DNA of 63,893 bases, filler included, from Salisapilia sapeloensis CBS 127946 (Eukaryota; Protista; Oomycota), in the NCBI GenBank assembly GCA_023334545.1. It is 4 parts of 4 records of this genome, joined end to end, with 100 filler letters (N's around TTAATTAATTAA, not from the genome) between each part and the next. Parts side by side here need not be neighbours in the genome. Positions count along the whole stretch, not along the records: positions 1 to 17,177 come from JAADVB010000344.1; positions 17,278 to 46,250 come from JAADVB010000229.1; 2 more parts are not named here. One strand, 5' to 3'. Under the pieces are notes generated by a model. It saw nothing but the letters and a program-made list of their open reading frames with translations, was not told the origin of the DNA and ran no database searches. Below, one piece after another: positions 11,643 to 23,912 of this stretch (position 1 is its first letter; every line of letters begins with the position of its first letter). The position numbers and the translations under genes are program-made.

Positions 11643-12166
11643 ATGAAGAGGTGGATACTGCTGCTGCTGATGTTGTCCCGAGTCTCGACGGCAGTCGATC
11701 TGGACAGACTGGAAGTCGAGTGGGAACAAGGAGATGAAGTAGAGGAACTACGACCGGAAGGACAGGAGCAATATGAACTCTTATCTCGAAAGTAGTACTC
11801 GAGTCGTGTGTACTTTAGTGTATGTTTTAATGATGTGAGGCAGGAGTCCAGAAGAAGCCAAGACGCTTGGTCCTCAAATGTTCTTCGTTACGCTCAAAGG
11901 AGACCGATCTCCAGACGAGTTAGAGGGAATCGCTGCCAATTGGAAACGAGTACATATCCAATCTTCTGTCCTTGTATAATATATATAAAGCGTGTATCTA
12001 GATGCTATCGAATGGAGGTGTGCATGCGAATGTCTTTGACTTGAAACAGTCTCGCTTGCTCGTCGGCATTCAAAAAGGGATCTTTGCATCCGACGTCCGC
12101 AAGTTTCTACATACTCAACGTGACATTGACATGTACGAATGGAACGGTCACGTGTACGAAATTTGA
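11643..12166 (+). CDS. MESD: MESD-like ER chaperone, 3 exons, 139 aa (missed by the ORF track)
   Basis: Exons 11643-11791, 11844-11949, 12002-12166; two 52-nt GT-AG introns give one open frame: MKRWILLLLMLSRVSTA VDLDRLEVEWEQGDEVEEL...KTLGPQMFFVTLKGDRSPDELEGIAANWKRMLSNGGVHANVFDLKQSRLLVGIQKGIFASDVRKFLHTQRDIDMYEWNGHVYEI*. Signal peptide plus by-eye match to MESD (RLLEQWE, LMMFVTV, EIKDFL..Q, EGQVY). Confidence 0.72.
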
Positions 12167-12192
12167 ACGTGTTCAAATTTGAACGTGTTCAA
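12161..12192. repeat. Perfect 16-bp tandem duplication (ATTTGAACGTGTTCAA x2); each unit is a TTGAAC-gt-GTTCAA palindrome
   Basis: Read directly: units 12161-12176 and 12177-12192. Confidence 0.9.
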
Positions 12193-12221
12193 GGATCTTA
12201 AGAAAAAGAATAAACGTCTTC

Positions 12222-15200
12222 CTAACGCTCTGCTTCCAACGTCGCAAGCATACTTTCCAATGACTTGGTGTTCTTCACTTTCGTGTACAAACTCTGGAAT
12301 TTCGGATGCATCTTGGCTTCTTCCACTTGTCCAATCGCTTCCACGGCACGTAATCCACTCCGGATCAAATCCTTCGCACGCTCCACTTCCGTTCCGACTT
12401 GATCGTCCTTCACCTTCTTCATTACCGTCTTGTCCAACGGATCCACGACCGCGTCCAATGTACCAACGACAGCACCAGGCTTGAGCTGACATAACTTCAC
12501 CAGCACTTGATGACATAGCATCTGAACATCATCCTGGTCCTTTAGCCCCGCTTCGATCGTCGGCAAGTACACTTGCACATCAAAGTGGGACGGTTGAGCT
12601 TCCAGCAGCGTATCGACACATGCATAAGCTGCTTTTCGAAGCGGTAGACCGTCATCGACTTTGTGTTTAAACGGACCTAAGTCGACAGTTCGGACCATCT
12701 TCACTTCCGAAGCGCGTACGACGGATGGGATGATAACGTCCACAAGGTGCGGAAGTAGTTGTGCCGACTGATGATGCGCAGCAGTGTTCAGTGCCAATAG
12801 AGCCGCACGACGGACGTTCAAATCGTCATCATCTAACGTCTTAAGGAATGGTTCGATCGATGCAAATAGCAGAGACATAGAGCTTTTCCGAGCAGACGCA
12901 CTCGTCAGCGCATACTTGAGCGTCGTCGCCGTCGTCCATCTCGATGCAGCACTATCGGCAGCACACAAGGTACTCACGACAGGAAGCAAGTGGGCTTCAT
13001 CTGCAACAAGAAGCTTCCCGAGACATTCGGCAACGATTGTACGCACACCTTCCGCCTCTGCATCGCTCAGTTTCTCAAGAACAGACACAACACGCGAGAG
13101 CTGTGCGTCAAACTCCGGTTGGGACACAGATGCATGTTCGCTAATGACTTCACGTAGAGCTGCCAAGAGCAAGTAGGCATCTTGTCCTTGCTCAAGGTTC
13201 TCGAGAATCGTGTCGAGGAACGCACCCATATTCCCGACGCAAACACCACCGAGTGCATGTGCAGCGGCAGACTTGACATCTTCACTGGGCGAAGCAAAGC
13301 ATTGGACAAGCGCGTCTTTCACTTGTGCATGTTGTGGCACATCCAGCACCCGTCCGTACTCACCGACAGCAAAGAGCGACAGCATCCGATGCTTCTCGGG
13401 CACTTGATCACTCGCAACGTCCGTCATGAACTTGTTGAAAGCTGCCTGCTTCTGCTCATCACCCGCAGCTTTGCATACAGCCGCAACGCAACGAGCAGCA
13501 TTGGCCATCGCATCTCGATTGCATGCATCTGCATTCTCCAGCAGCAGATTTACGAGCGTATCAAAGTCAGCACCAGAGACGTTCATCAACGTCAGCTGAC
13601 TAAGCAATTGCTGGAGAGCTGTGAGAGTCATGCCTTTGACCATCGGACTACGTGCGAGTCCGACTGTCTTCTTGACAAGATACTCCCGCACCTCAGCCTC
13701 CTGTACAATCTTCGCATTCGATATCAAGACTTTCAACGCAAGTTCTAATGCTAGACGACACAATTGCAAATCACTTTCTACGAGCAGAGCTCCGCTTTCG
13801 GAGAGCACTGGCTTGAGCAGATGGAGATCTACGTTCTGAGACTGGTACTGGATTAAGTCCTGTAACGTCTCTAATACGACTTGCTTTAGTGTACGTGACT
13901 GTTGACGCAAGAGATCTGAGAGAGCTGGTAAGGCATCAGCGAGGACGGATGACAGGTCTGGACGTAGAGGAGACCGCGCGATCTCTGCTAATGCCTTCAT
14001 GGCTGCAACACGTGTGACGTCGTTACGCATGCGTTCGAGCAGTACGGGGTACACTTGCGTCGGCGCAGAGTCGAGCTGGTCGCCTAGTTGCGCTAGAATC
14101 TGTCCCATGCTACTCAACGCGCCGTCTTTCACATCCGAGTCCATGTCCTTGGCTTGGAATGTCGGCCAGACAGCATCGAATAGGAGCTGACTCTTAGATG
14201 CGTCCATGACAAAGTCATTTTCACGTCGAATGTCACGTGCAATGGCTTCAATCAATGCCAAGGCTTTTGCGACAGTCCGGTACCAATCTCCTTTAGCTGC
14301 ACGAACGGCTACATCAGCAATTTGATCCATACTAGCACGGAAACACTCGCGTTCATGCGTGTCAAGTAGGAGACGTAAGAAGGTTAATGCATCTAGTTTC
14401 AAATCCGAATGCTTGTCGTCTGCAGCATGCAAGACGTTTGGTAAGATCAAAGTAATGTAGTTCGCTAGTTGATCTCTTTCCACTTGGACTAACTCACTCA
14501 AGAGTTTCAAGACGGCACAACGAGATGCGATGGATGCTTTCGTACCAAATTGCTTATTCGCAGATGTAACGATCGCATGCGTACGTTCTCTCAATAAGAC
14601 AAAAGCAGGTGTACCGTTCATCTGCTCTTGTCCGACGGAATGGGACGGACGAGCTTGATGCGTTGCACGTAAAAGCTCCGTGAAGACAGAGAAGACGTCG
14701 ACACGTACATTTTCTTCTCTCTCCTTGAAACGAGAGATGAGCAGCTGACTGCAGTTAGCGTACAAGTATTCCAATAGTTCGCCACGAGTAGTAATAAGTG
14801 CCGACAAGACGCGAAGACTAGCACGACGAACCTTCCATGAAGTGTCATCGTCGTCACTGTAGTCTCCATCATCTTCATCATCACTAAACTCTTCCTCCTC
14901 ATCTTCTTCCATCGGTTCATCCTCCTCCTCAGACTCTTCATAGCTATAATTCGGATCGTACGTAACGAATACATTCGCAAGTTGAAGTACTTGTTCCACA
15001 TGCACCGTCATTTCCGACGGACAACGTAGTACGAAGGATTCTAACGCGTGGAAACAATTCTCTCGTAAGTCATTCGACGTTTCGTTCTGCATACTTTCAT
15101 CTTCTGGATTGCCACAGAAACGAATTAACAAGGGAAGAATGGCATCCAAGTGACCTCCAAGACGATGACCTGCCGTACGTGACAAGGTACCGATCGTCTG

Positions 15201-16120
15201 GATTAACGTACGTGCATCATTCGGATCCGATGCATTCTGGATGCTCGTCAAAAGGTTTGTCACGAGCTTTGTCAGCAACGCATCAGATGCCATGACACCG
15301 AGGGAGCCGAGGCAAGCAGTCGCTCTCTTACGCACTAGAGCAGAGGAATCTTCTAGTTGAGGCAAGAGGAGAGACATAATGTCTTCATGGACAGTCGGGA
15401 TCCCTAATCCGAAGCGGCGTAAGAGATCTGTGAGAATATCCAATGTCTCGGCCTTGACCGGCGTCGGCTGGTTTTGTTCAAGACCAGCAAGTAGTTTCGG
15501 ACATAGGCGAGGAGCGATGGATGCACCGGATGCCTGTGAAACGTCCGACAAGGTCGTCTTGAGCCCAATGGCGTAAATGTCACGTAGCTCCGTCTTGCCG
15601 TTCAGCAGTAGATCGGACAGACGAGTGCAGATGTCATCCACCTGCGTTTCTTGCACCTTTCCAACCAGAATACCGAGGCTATGTTGATTCATATATATAT
15701 AAGCTACATCGGATAGGAGTAGAATAAAAGGTAGAAATACCATTTGACAGCAATAGACTGGACGTCATTGGACTTGTCATCGAGTTGCTTGAGCACAGCG
15801 GCACATACTCTATTGTATGGCAAGCAAGAGGTAAGAGAAATGATACGATCTACCGATAAAAGCTATATTATCCTAGCATACTTGGATTCGAGAGACGGAG
15901 ACAGCTCAACACCCTTGTTCAGCTCTCCACATAGATCGGATGTCGCCATATAACGCTCATCTTTATCAAAATCCGTCGTCTAGATTCAATGACAGAAACG
16001 AAAGATTGAGTATGCTGCAGTAAACTAAAAGCATCTAGCTTAGTGGAAGTAGGACAAGAATGGACGCACCTTGTCCAAGAGTCGAGATATCTTGTCTTCC
16101 GAACTACGCATCGACGCCAT
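12222..16120 (-). CDS. CAND1: Cullin-associated NEDD8-dissociated protein 1 (CAND1/TIP120), 4 exons
   Basis: Three short 5' exons rebuilt from ATG 16120 (MASMRSSEDKISRLLDK|TTDFDKDERYMATSDL...|VCAAVLKQLDDKSNDVQSIAVKC) splice into the long HEAT-repeat exon. Motifs YDPNY, DDDTSWKVRRA, FKEREENVRVD, VDLGPFKHKVDDGLPLRKAAY. Confidence 0.95.
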
Positions 16121-16853
16121 TCTCTTCCTACTCGCCTGTTCCTTAGATCCTGCAGTTGCGATTGATTGGGAGAATGTCCGAAACTTTCCACATAATGCCC
16201 TAAAGAATGATATCTACTTGTTTCTCCGTTGATGAGGTACCTGAATACGTTCTGAAAAGTCGTTGATGGACTAATGTTTTGTCTAATGTCTACTGTGTCG
16301 GTGTGGATGAAATAGGAATGAGCTGATATTCTAGTGAGGTCGATTTTCAATTGTTTTACTTTAATCTTGAGGATGCTTTTGATGCACGTTTGGGATATTC
16401 AGTCGTACGCTGTTGTTATCTTTAATAGGAGTGGAGAATATAGAAGAGCTTTTGTAGGATTATTACTTCATGTCAACTTTATAATAAACAAGTTTGATGT
16501 TACTCTTAAATAGTCGAAAAGATAAATAAATATAAATTCCCATTGTTAAAGTTCTTACGAAGGTCCTATCGTTTCCAATGTTGTATGTTTAGGCTAAATA
16601 GTAAGAGAGGAAGAAAAGTTTGGTCGAAGAAAAAGGGAAAGTATGTACAAAGAAATACGACTACCTCGAGTACTGTGGTCACGACTAGACATACTTTAAA
16701 AAGAATGACTGCTACGAGATGTGCGTAGATCCCAAGTGGTGGTCGAAAAACTAATTAATCAAATCGAACATGTGGAAGTCACAGAAACAGCACAAGTATT
16801 TCTTATAAAGAACTACTCTTCTCATACATATTTCTATAGTAATGCGGATTTTG

Positions 16854-17177
16854 CTATGGATAGTCGGAGTAGTCAAATTGGAACGTTGGATCCACGCCTA
16901 AATAAAGTGCAAGTCAATCTGTTCCACCTACCAATATACAATTATAGATGTCGTGCACTTACCAAAGTGGGGGTACGGAATCTGCGCCACAAATACGAGA
17001 AATAAAATGGTTCTAGCAACAATGGCTGTGCTCTGTGCTTGAAAGCTAAAGCCAAGCAACTTCATCGGACTAAATCCAAACTTCCATCGAATATAGGACA
17101 CGAAAGTGATAAACGAAAGAAGTTCCAGACTGCCATACAAAGCAATACTTTTCATAGAGCTGGCAAGAGTTTCTTCA
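16854..17177 (-). CDS. C-terminal fragment of an oomycete-type multipass membrane protein, truncated by the gap
   Basis: ...EETLASSMKSIALYGSLELLSFITFVSYIRWKFGFSPMKLLGFSFQAQ...ILFLVFVAQIPYPHFG|VDPTFQFDYSDYP*. Resembles the C-terminus of the common oomycete TM family (LELLS...F.....L.F...Q...HFGxDF.F.F); the final splice is inferred. Confidence 0.55.
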
Positions 17178-17277
17178 NNNNNNNNNNNNNNNNNNNNNNN
17201 NNNNNNNNNNNNNNNNNNNNNTTAATTAATTAANNNNNNNNNNNNNNNNNNNNNNNNNNNNNNNNNNNNNNNNNNNN
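17178..17277. other. Artificial assembly spacer (44N + TTAATTAATTAA + 44N)
   Basis: Exactly 100 nt with a six-frame-stop linker; identical to the other two gaps. Confidence 0.98.
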
Positions 17278-18576
17278 CTCCCATACACGCCACACCAGGT
17301 CGCGGAGCGGGATAGCTGCTCCCACGGCAGTTTCGAAACCCTTCTGACCAGAAATACGAGAGCAGCAGAAACAAAACCTATACTTTTCTCCATAGAGCTT
17401 TTATTTGTAGTTGAGTGTTGTGTATGATCTAGCTACTTTTGAAAGCTTTTTTGTGCGTCACATCAGACGTAAAGGACAGTCAGCTCTGTTTGGCTAACGA
17501 GCATAATAATCGAAGCTTGGTGGTCCAGGTTACCATCCATGCAGTTGAGTCTGTGCGAGCGTATACACTGCCTAAGCTCTTCACTGCTTTCTATTATCAA
17601 CCGTGCCATCCCGTTATCCCTATTTTTATACTTTTGCAAGCTCTTTGATCTCGGCCCCATACTCACCATCGCTCGGTCCAATCTCATGATCAGAGCCTTC
17701 GCTACTCTAAATAGTGGCGGCATCTTCGGTGCTCAACACATTGGCGTGTGCAAAGCTAAGAAGCACAGTATTGGCAAACGATCCGAACTGATCTACATAT
17801 CACTGTTAAGCACATTGTACTGCGTGCATTCGGCTGAGTGCTGATATGTACATCCGTCACCAATGGAACTTCAAATCTGGCAGCTTACCAAACTTTATAA
17901 CAATGGAAACTGCGTATCACGTAGCGATTCAGAAAATGAAGATATCGGTGTCTCGAAGCTACAAAACGCTGACAGCCTGAGCCAAAGAGATATTAGTCCC
18001 TGAGTCGATGACAACGCAGACAAGAATTGCAGTGTTATAGACCAAGAAGAGTCCGCTTGAAATTAATTGATGCCGGTATCACCGACTTATCTCGTACCTT
18101 CTGCACTCGACTTAATCTATCGGTTGGCTGGTTCCCTTAACTATACACCTCATTGTGTTAAGTCGCAGTCGATGCATTAAGTATTTGCATGACAATCTCT
18201 ATTTAGACAACAGGATTGGGCATAACCTCCATCCTTCTGTTCCCATTCGCTCCACATTGATACTCGTAAGTGCTGGTGTGCTTCAAGACGAGAAGATATT
18301 CGATGGACGGGTTGGTCTGTCATATATGCTGAGCCTCACGAAGCTGTTGGACCCATTCAGTCAATGTCATGCTAGTTACTCGATGACAACAAAGCTTCGA
18401 GAATATGTGCAAGACTTAAGGTTCATGAATGGAGGACATTATAGTTTCGATATGAAGCCACAGTTGTAATATTGAGTTTACTAGTAGAAATCAATGTACC
18501 ATTTCTTCCAACGGCACATCCGTACAGACAAATGTCAATCGGTATCCTTGATCATACCGATTTCGCGATACGCTCC

Positions 18577-19824
18577 TTAAGCTTGATCCGTCATTTTCTC
18601 ATATGCAGTGTCCTTGAGTGTCGCACCCTCGGTTACGTCGACAGTGCTGTCGTCAAGCGTCGGAAGGGAAGGATGAGAGCTCTGTCGTCCAAGCATCGAG
18701 TACGATTGGGACACACTGGCAGGAGTGCCATGCTCCAATCCGGCATACACGAGCAAAGCATCCTGCTCTCTCGACACCACGTGTTCATCGTAATCTCTCG
18801 TCTGGTAATCGACATGCACGAACGCACGCTCGACATCTTCCAATTGCTCAACTTTGAATTGCAATTGCAACGCAATGTCATGTGCTTTCTTCACCGTCAT
18901 CTCTCCCGGGACGACTACTTCGAGTTCCACGAGGTATTTGGATCCAAAGTGATACGCTCTTAGAATGTCCAGCGATAGAGCATGGTGATGGCTGTTACAC
19001 AAGTCTCGAACATCATTCATAAAGTCTTCACTTGCACGCACACCGACAAGCTGATTGACTTGTTCTTTGCCCATTTTACCCCATGAAAACATGATGAAGA
19101 GGAAGATGAGGACAGCACCCAAGGGATCCACGAACCATGCATCTGGTTCAAAAGATGCGACGATATAAGCGACGTAGGCAATGATGTTACTCATCACGTC
19201 ATTCCGGTTGTCCTGCTGGATGGCATCGACAGCACCGGACCATGTGAAGGTGAGCACCCAACGCGTGTAGAAGATCAATCCGATCTTCATACCAACTGCG
19301 GTGAGACCGATGACGAGGGCGACGGTGGAAATGGTCGGAGCTTCCGCTTCGCCATGCAAGAATCCGTCGACGAGCTCGGAGATACCTTCTTGGACGAAGT
19401 ACCCGGCGACGATGACCATGACGCTCGAGGCGATAATGATCGCTACGGGTTCGAAGCGAGAGGTACCGGCAGGGTACTTGGCATAGTCACGACGAGCCTT
19501 TTCGCTGTCGCCTCGACTGCGTGTTCCAGCGTACCAGAGTAGGAACTGGACACCGAGGTCGATCATGTTTTCCACGACTGCCGAGAGCAAGGCGAGGGAG
19601 CCACTTGCAACCACAACACCAGTCATGGAAGCCACGATGAGAATGTTGGTGCATAGAGAAGCTTGTAGGACGAGGGAGACATGATCGAGTGGACGCTCCC
19701 CACGTAAAGTCTCTTTAAACACTTGCCAGCGAGAGGCTAGCGGCAGGGCTGGAGCATCCCCATCCGCATTCGAGGTGGCGCTACTGCGAGAGATACTTTG
19801 ACGTGTACTTAGTCGAAGGCTCAT
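18577..19824 (-). CDS. Cation diffusion facilitator (metal tolerance protein, Mn-CDF/MTP-like)
   Basis: SGSLALLSAVVENMIDL, YPAGTSRFEP, DAIQQDNRNDVMSN, VDPLGAVLI; C-terminal dimerisation domain RAYHFGSKYLVELEV...HDIALQLQFKVEQLEDVERAFVHVDY. Confidence 0.88.
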   Translation of the reverse strand: MSLRLSTRQSISRSSATSNADGDAPALPLASRWQVFKETLRGERPLDHVSLVLQASLCTNILIVASMTGVVVASGSLALLSAVVENMIDLGVQFLLWYAGTRSRGDSEKARRDYAKYPAGTSRFEPVAIIIASSVMVIVAGYFVQEGISELVDGFLHGEAEAPTISTVALVIGLTAVGMKIGLIFYTRWVLTFTWSGAVDAIQQDNRNDVMSNIIAYVAYIVASFEPDAWFVDPLGAVLIFLFIMFSWGKMGKEQVNQLVGVRASEDFMNDVRDLCNSHHHALSLDILRAYHFGSKYLVELEVVVPGEMTVKKAHDIALQLQFKVEQLEDVERAFVHVDYQTRDYDEHVVSREQDALLVYAGLEHGTPASVSQSYSMLGRQSSHPSLPTLDDSTVDVTEGATLKDTAYEKMTDQA

Positions 19825-20011
19825 GGGAGAAAAAGAAGAAGAATATCGATGGTTCTTGGCCCGTAGTCAATCGACGTATGGTGGTGCAGCTATGCTCTGC
19901 TCGAACAATTGACAACCATCTAGTGATTAAAACTTACAAATAATAGTCAAATGTTCGGAATTAGTTAAAAACATTTCAAACATCATCGCATCACCCGACT
20001 TTCTATTCGAA

Positions 20012-20680
20012 ATGGACTTCTTTGACGAAAAAGTAAAGCAGCCTGTGGTGAAGCTACTCAAGTCTGGAGGTAGAGATTGCTGGTGGGATGTGAAGTAATG
20101 TCGTATTGATGACCTTTTGCTGCAGCATCGCCGAGTAGCTTGGCATTGGCCATGGCGTTTGGTGTGTCTGGAGGCATTTTTCCGATCCCAGGACTGACGA
20201 CTGTGCCAGTGACCATGGCCATCTTCCTCTTTGGGCTCAATCCAGTGGCTGCCATGCTCACGAATTACCTGTGCACGCCTTTGAACATTGCATCGATTCC
20301 TGTCTTCATGTACGTAGCCTTGTATCAATGGAAGATCCTATCGATCTAATCGAAATATTGCTATAAATAGCCACTATGGCGAGCTGGCATTTGGTGGATC
20401 CGATGGAGGCGGCAGTGATTTCTCCGTCTCGAAATTCACAGAGGTATTAGCATGACCACTTCCTCTATTATCAACGTAATGATAATCATATCTTGCTCAG
20501 GACTTGCAAAACGACACAGTCAATACGCTGCTTGAATTCCGCTTCCTCCTCTTGCATGCAATCTATGTCTGGATCGCCATCTTCCCTGTCGTAACGATCG
20601 TACTATACGCCATCTTGACACCCATCCTCCGCCGAGCCATGCCGAAAGACACCTCGTCCAAGACACAAAAGCAGCAATAA
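20012..20680 (+). CDS. Small membrane protein, DUF2062-like, 4 exons
   Basis: Spliced MDFFDEKVKQPVVKLLKSG|ASPSSLALAMAFGVSGGIFPIPGLTT...NPVAAMLTNYLCTPLNIASIPVFM|...|...LLHAIYVWIAIFP...LYAILTPILRR. Confidence 0.65.
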
Positions 20681-20824
20681 TTTCTTTGAACACGTCATGC
20701 TTTCGCCCTGGCCTGTCGCGTGTACGAAATGTACCTACTAGTGATTGGTTTCATCTGGTAGAGAAATATAGATGATTGGATACGTACGTGCAACAATCGT
20801 CCAAGTGCCTCGAGGAGCTCGAAG

Positions 20825-22714
20825 ATGATGTCGTTAATTGCAGATCCGAAATTGGACTCGTGGGACGCGGACACTGTAGATAGCACTTCAGCAGGCGAAG
20901 ACGATCTAGACGCCATGGATGGCCAAGCAATGATATTACCGAGATCTCGGTCCAGTCTCTCGAACAAAGGGGAGGAACTACCACTCCAGCCGACGTCACG
21001 ACGCAAGGATGGCTCGACACCCGTCTACCTTTACCTCCTCACTGTTTGCTCTGCACTAGGCGGATTTCTCTTCGGATACGATACTGTACCTATCTATCTT
21101 GTGTGCATACGGAAAAATATGATGACGAACGAATAAACGTAGGGAGTCATTTCGGGAGCGCTCGTTCTGTTGCGAAGTCCAGACTCGTTCAACCTGTCTG
21201 CAGTCCAAAGCGAAACGGTCGTATCTGCGGCAGTGTTCGGTGCCATCATTGGTGCGATCGCTAGTAGCTATGGAAACCACTTGTTGGGCAGACGTCCCGT
21301 CATTTTACTTTCCTCCTTCCTCTTCACACTTGGATCAATCCTCATGGGATTCGCTGCCAACTTTACTGCCCTGCTGTTTGGTAGGCTGATCGTTGGGTTT
21401 GCCATCGGTGCATCGTCCATGACTGGTACGCAAAATCATCCGATATCATCTACATATATGCTAACACAAGTGCTAGTTCCTTTATACATCGCCGAAGTCT
21501 CGCCTCCCGATATCCGGGGTACTCTTGTATCCGTAAACACTCTATTCCTAACCGGAGGTCAATTCTTTGCATCTCTCTTGGATGCTTTTCTAAGTGAAGT
21601 CCATGATGGATGGAGGTTCATGCTAGGAGCAGCAGCCATACCAGCTCTATTGCAGTTCCTAGGTTTCTTAGTTCTACCTGAAAGCCCCCGCTACCTCGTC
21701 AGCAAGTCTCACACGAGAGCTGCTCAAGATGCTTTGGCTCAAATTCGAGGCACAAGTGATATCGAGTCCGAGTTTCGACACATGGAGTCCGAAGTGCTGG
21801 AGCACAAACGAGAGTCTCGTGGTAGTATCCTAGAGGGATTGAAGGAACCTAGTGTACGTCGAGCCCTCATGCTCGGCTGCTCTCTTCAAGCTTTGCAGCA
21901 GGCTTGTGGCATCAATACTGTCATGTACTATGGCGCAACGATCGTCCAGCTAGCAGGCTTTGCCGATGCGTCTACAGCGATATGGCTATCCACACTAGTC
22001 GCCTTTAGCAACTTCATTTTCACCTTTGTAGGCATCTATCTTGTTGATCGACTTGGCCGACGCAGTCTCACATTGTGGAGTCTTGCAGGCGTTGTCATCA
22101 TGCTCACGTCTCTCGGTGCTTCTTTCTACATTGCAGACCACACGTCAGACGCTGTAACTAGCGTCGGCGATTGCAGTCGTATTTCGTCATGTTTCTCTTG
22201 TGCTGCTAGTGACCAATGTGGGCTATGCGCTCAGCCTTTGGATAGTGGTAGCGACAACTTCGTGTGTGCACCAGCTAGTGGTAGCAGTATGGATGGTACC
22301 TTTGGCGTCTGCAGCTCGAACGATTGGCATTTCCATGACTGTCCAACAGACAGCAAAGTCCCAGGCGTCTTCATTCTCATTGCGTTGTTCGTCTACTTGG
22401 CTGTCTTTGCCAGTGGCATGGGATGCATGCCCTGGACAGTCAACGCCGAGATCTACCCTCTCCACGCACGTAACTTTGCACTGAGCGCTGCAACGTCCGT
22501 GAACTGGATCACTAACCTTGTCGTCTCGTTCACTTTTCTCTCGGTCGTGCAAGAACTGTCACCGTCAGGTGCCTTTTGGCTGTATGCAGTCATCGCTCTT
22601 GCCGGATTCGTCTATTTGTTTGGAGCAATGCCAGAGACGAAAGGTTTGGAATTAGAGGAGATACAAGCACTTTTTGAACCGAAACAAAAGTATGTAGCCG
22701 TACGCCAGACATGA
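20825..22714 (+). CDS. MFS sugar porter, myo-inositol transporter (HMIT/INT-like), 3 exons
   Basis: LGGFLFGYDT|GVISGA, GRRPVI, VPLYIAEVSPPDIRG, PESPRYL, LQQACGINTVMYY, VDRLGRR, PETKGLELEEI. Cys-rich loop CSRISSCFSC...QCGLC is typical of inositol transporters. Introns 21086-21142 and 21426-21476. Confidence 0.88.
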
Positions 22715-22740
22715 TGTAAATGGGAAATAGAGAACGACTT

Positions 22741-23751
22741 TTACTTCTTTCGTTTCTTTTCTAAACGTGCCCTCGCAGCAGCAAATGCCTCTTCACTCGG
22801 CTCTTCTTCTACCCTTTTTTTCTTTCGCTTCTGACTTGGTTTGGTATACTTTGCTTCCAAATCCGATAAGACGTTCTTGTAGCCGCGGTTACTGCTGATA
22901 GATATACATGAGGAGACGATATGAATTTGATAACAGCATGACGTCTACCTAGACGTAGTCAAAGCAAGATCACTTCTGCCCAAAATAGCCTTCTTGAGCT
23001 CTTCCACTTCACGTGCTTCTTTTTCCTCCTTTGCCCTCTTACGCTTTTCCTGAGCCTTTGTCATCTTCTTTGGCTTCTTTTTCAAATACTTAGTCCATTC
23101 TGGTATTTCCTCCACCTACATTTAATCGTTACATCTTTGTTCAACAGTCTATCCTACAACTGAACGTACTTCTTCATTCTTAATAGCTTCCTGGATAATG
23201 TCTTTAAAGCGAGTTTCATCGGCGTCAGTGCACAGCATGACGCTGTTTAGGATGTCCTCCATCTTCCCATCGACCGTCTCATACGCTCGTAAGATATCCA
23301 ACCGTTCTTCCTCAGAATACCGGTACTCTTGCTCGAACTTGTCAATATCTTCCTGTGTCACCTTTGGGAACAACGTATCAAAGTAATTTTTCCACGTCTC
23401 GTAACTTGGTGTCTCGCCCGTCTCGGCATCTGAGTTCAGGATGCCACCCGTTTCATCATAGTATTTACGAGACTCAGCATTGCTGAGAAGAGAGTGGATA
23501 GCACTCAATGCCTGGAACTTTGTCGTTGCGGCTGCTTTTGCATCGTCACCTCCACGCTGTTTATCAGGATGCTATTCTAATCACATGAGCATGTCGGAAA
23601 AATGGGATAAAGAGGAAGGCAGTACATAACGCAAGGCTAGCTTCTTGTACGCACGAGTAATCTGCTTCTCATCAGCAGTTGCGGATACACCAATTACTTC
23701 ATACAAGTTGCATCCTTGACCAAAGACCGACGCAATAAGCTCGACACTCAT
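22741..23751 (-). CDS. DNAJC9: DnaJ/Hsp40 protein, DNAJC9-like, multi-exon
   Basis: MSVELIASVFGQGCNLYEVIGV...ITRAYKKLALRY|HPDK...ATTKFQALSAIHSLLSNAESRKYYDETG...W..YF..LF.KVT..DI..FE..YR.SEEE..DI. Confidence 0.8.
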
Positions 23752-23912
23752 CTTGTCGGTTTTTGCATCAATTTGTGTCCAAATGGTCGTTCTACCATCT
23801 TGTCCATCTACTTACTTTATATTTGTATACCGACGGTGGTTTTACCAACTTGAATGACGTTGACAAGACATCCGATGACATTTTCAGACACTTATTTTCT
23901 ACCTCCTGTACG

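Noticed and set aside
17178-17277. TTAATTAATTAA palindrome inside the N-runs (also 46295-46306 and 62678-62689) and ORFs ending ...XXXLIN
   Set aside because: Identical 100-nt six-frame-stop linker added by the assembly pipeline; not biological.
17278-17345. GC-rich hairpins (GGAGC...GCTCC, GTTTCGAAAC) resembling tRNA arms
   Set aside because: No cloverleaf or acceptor stem; lies at a contig edge and may be a repeat remnant.
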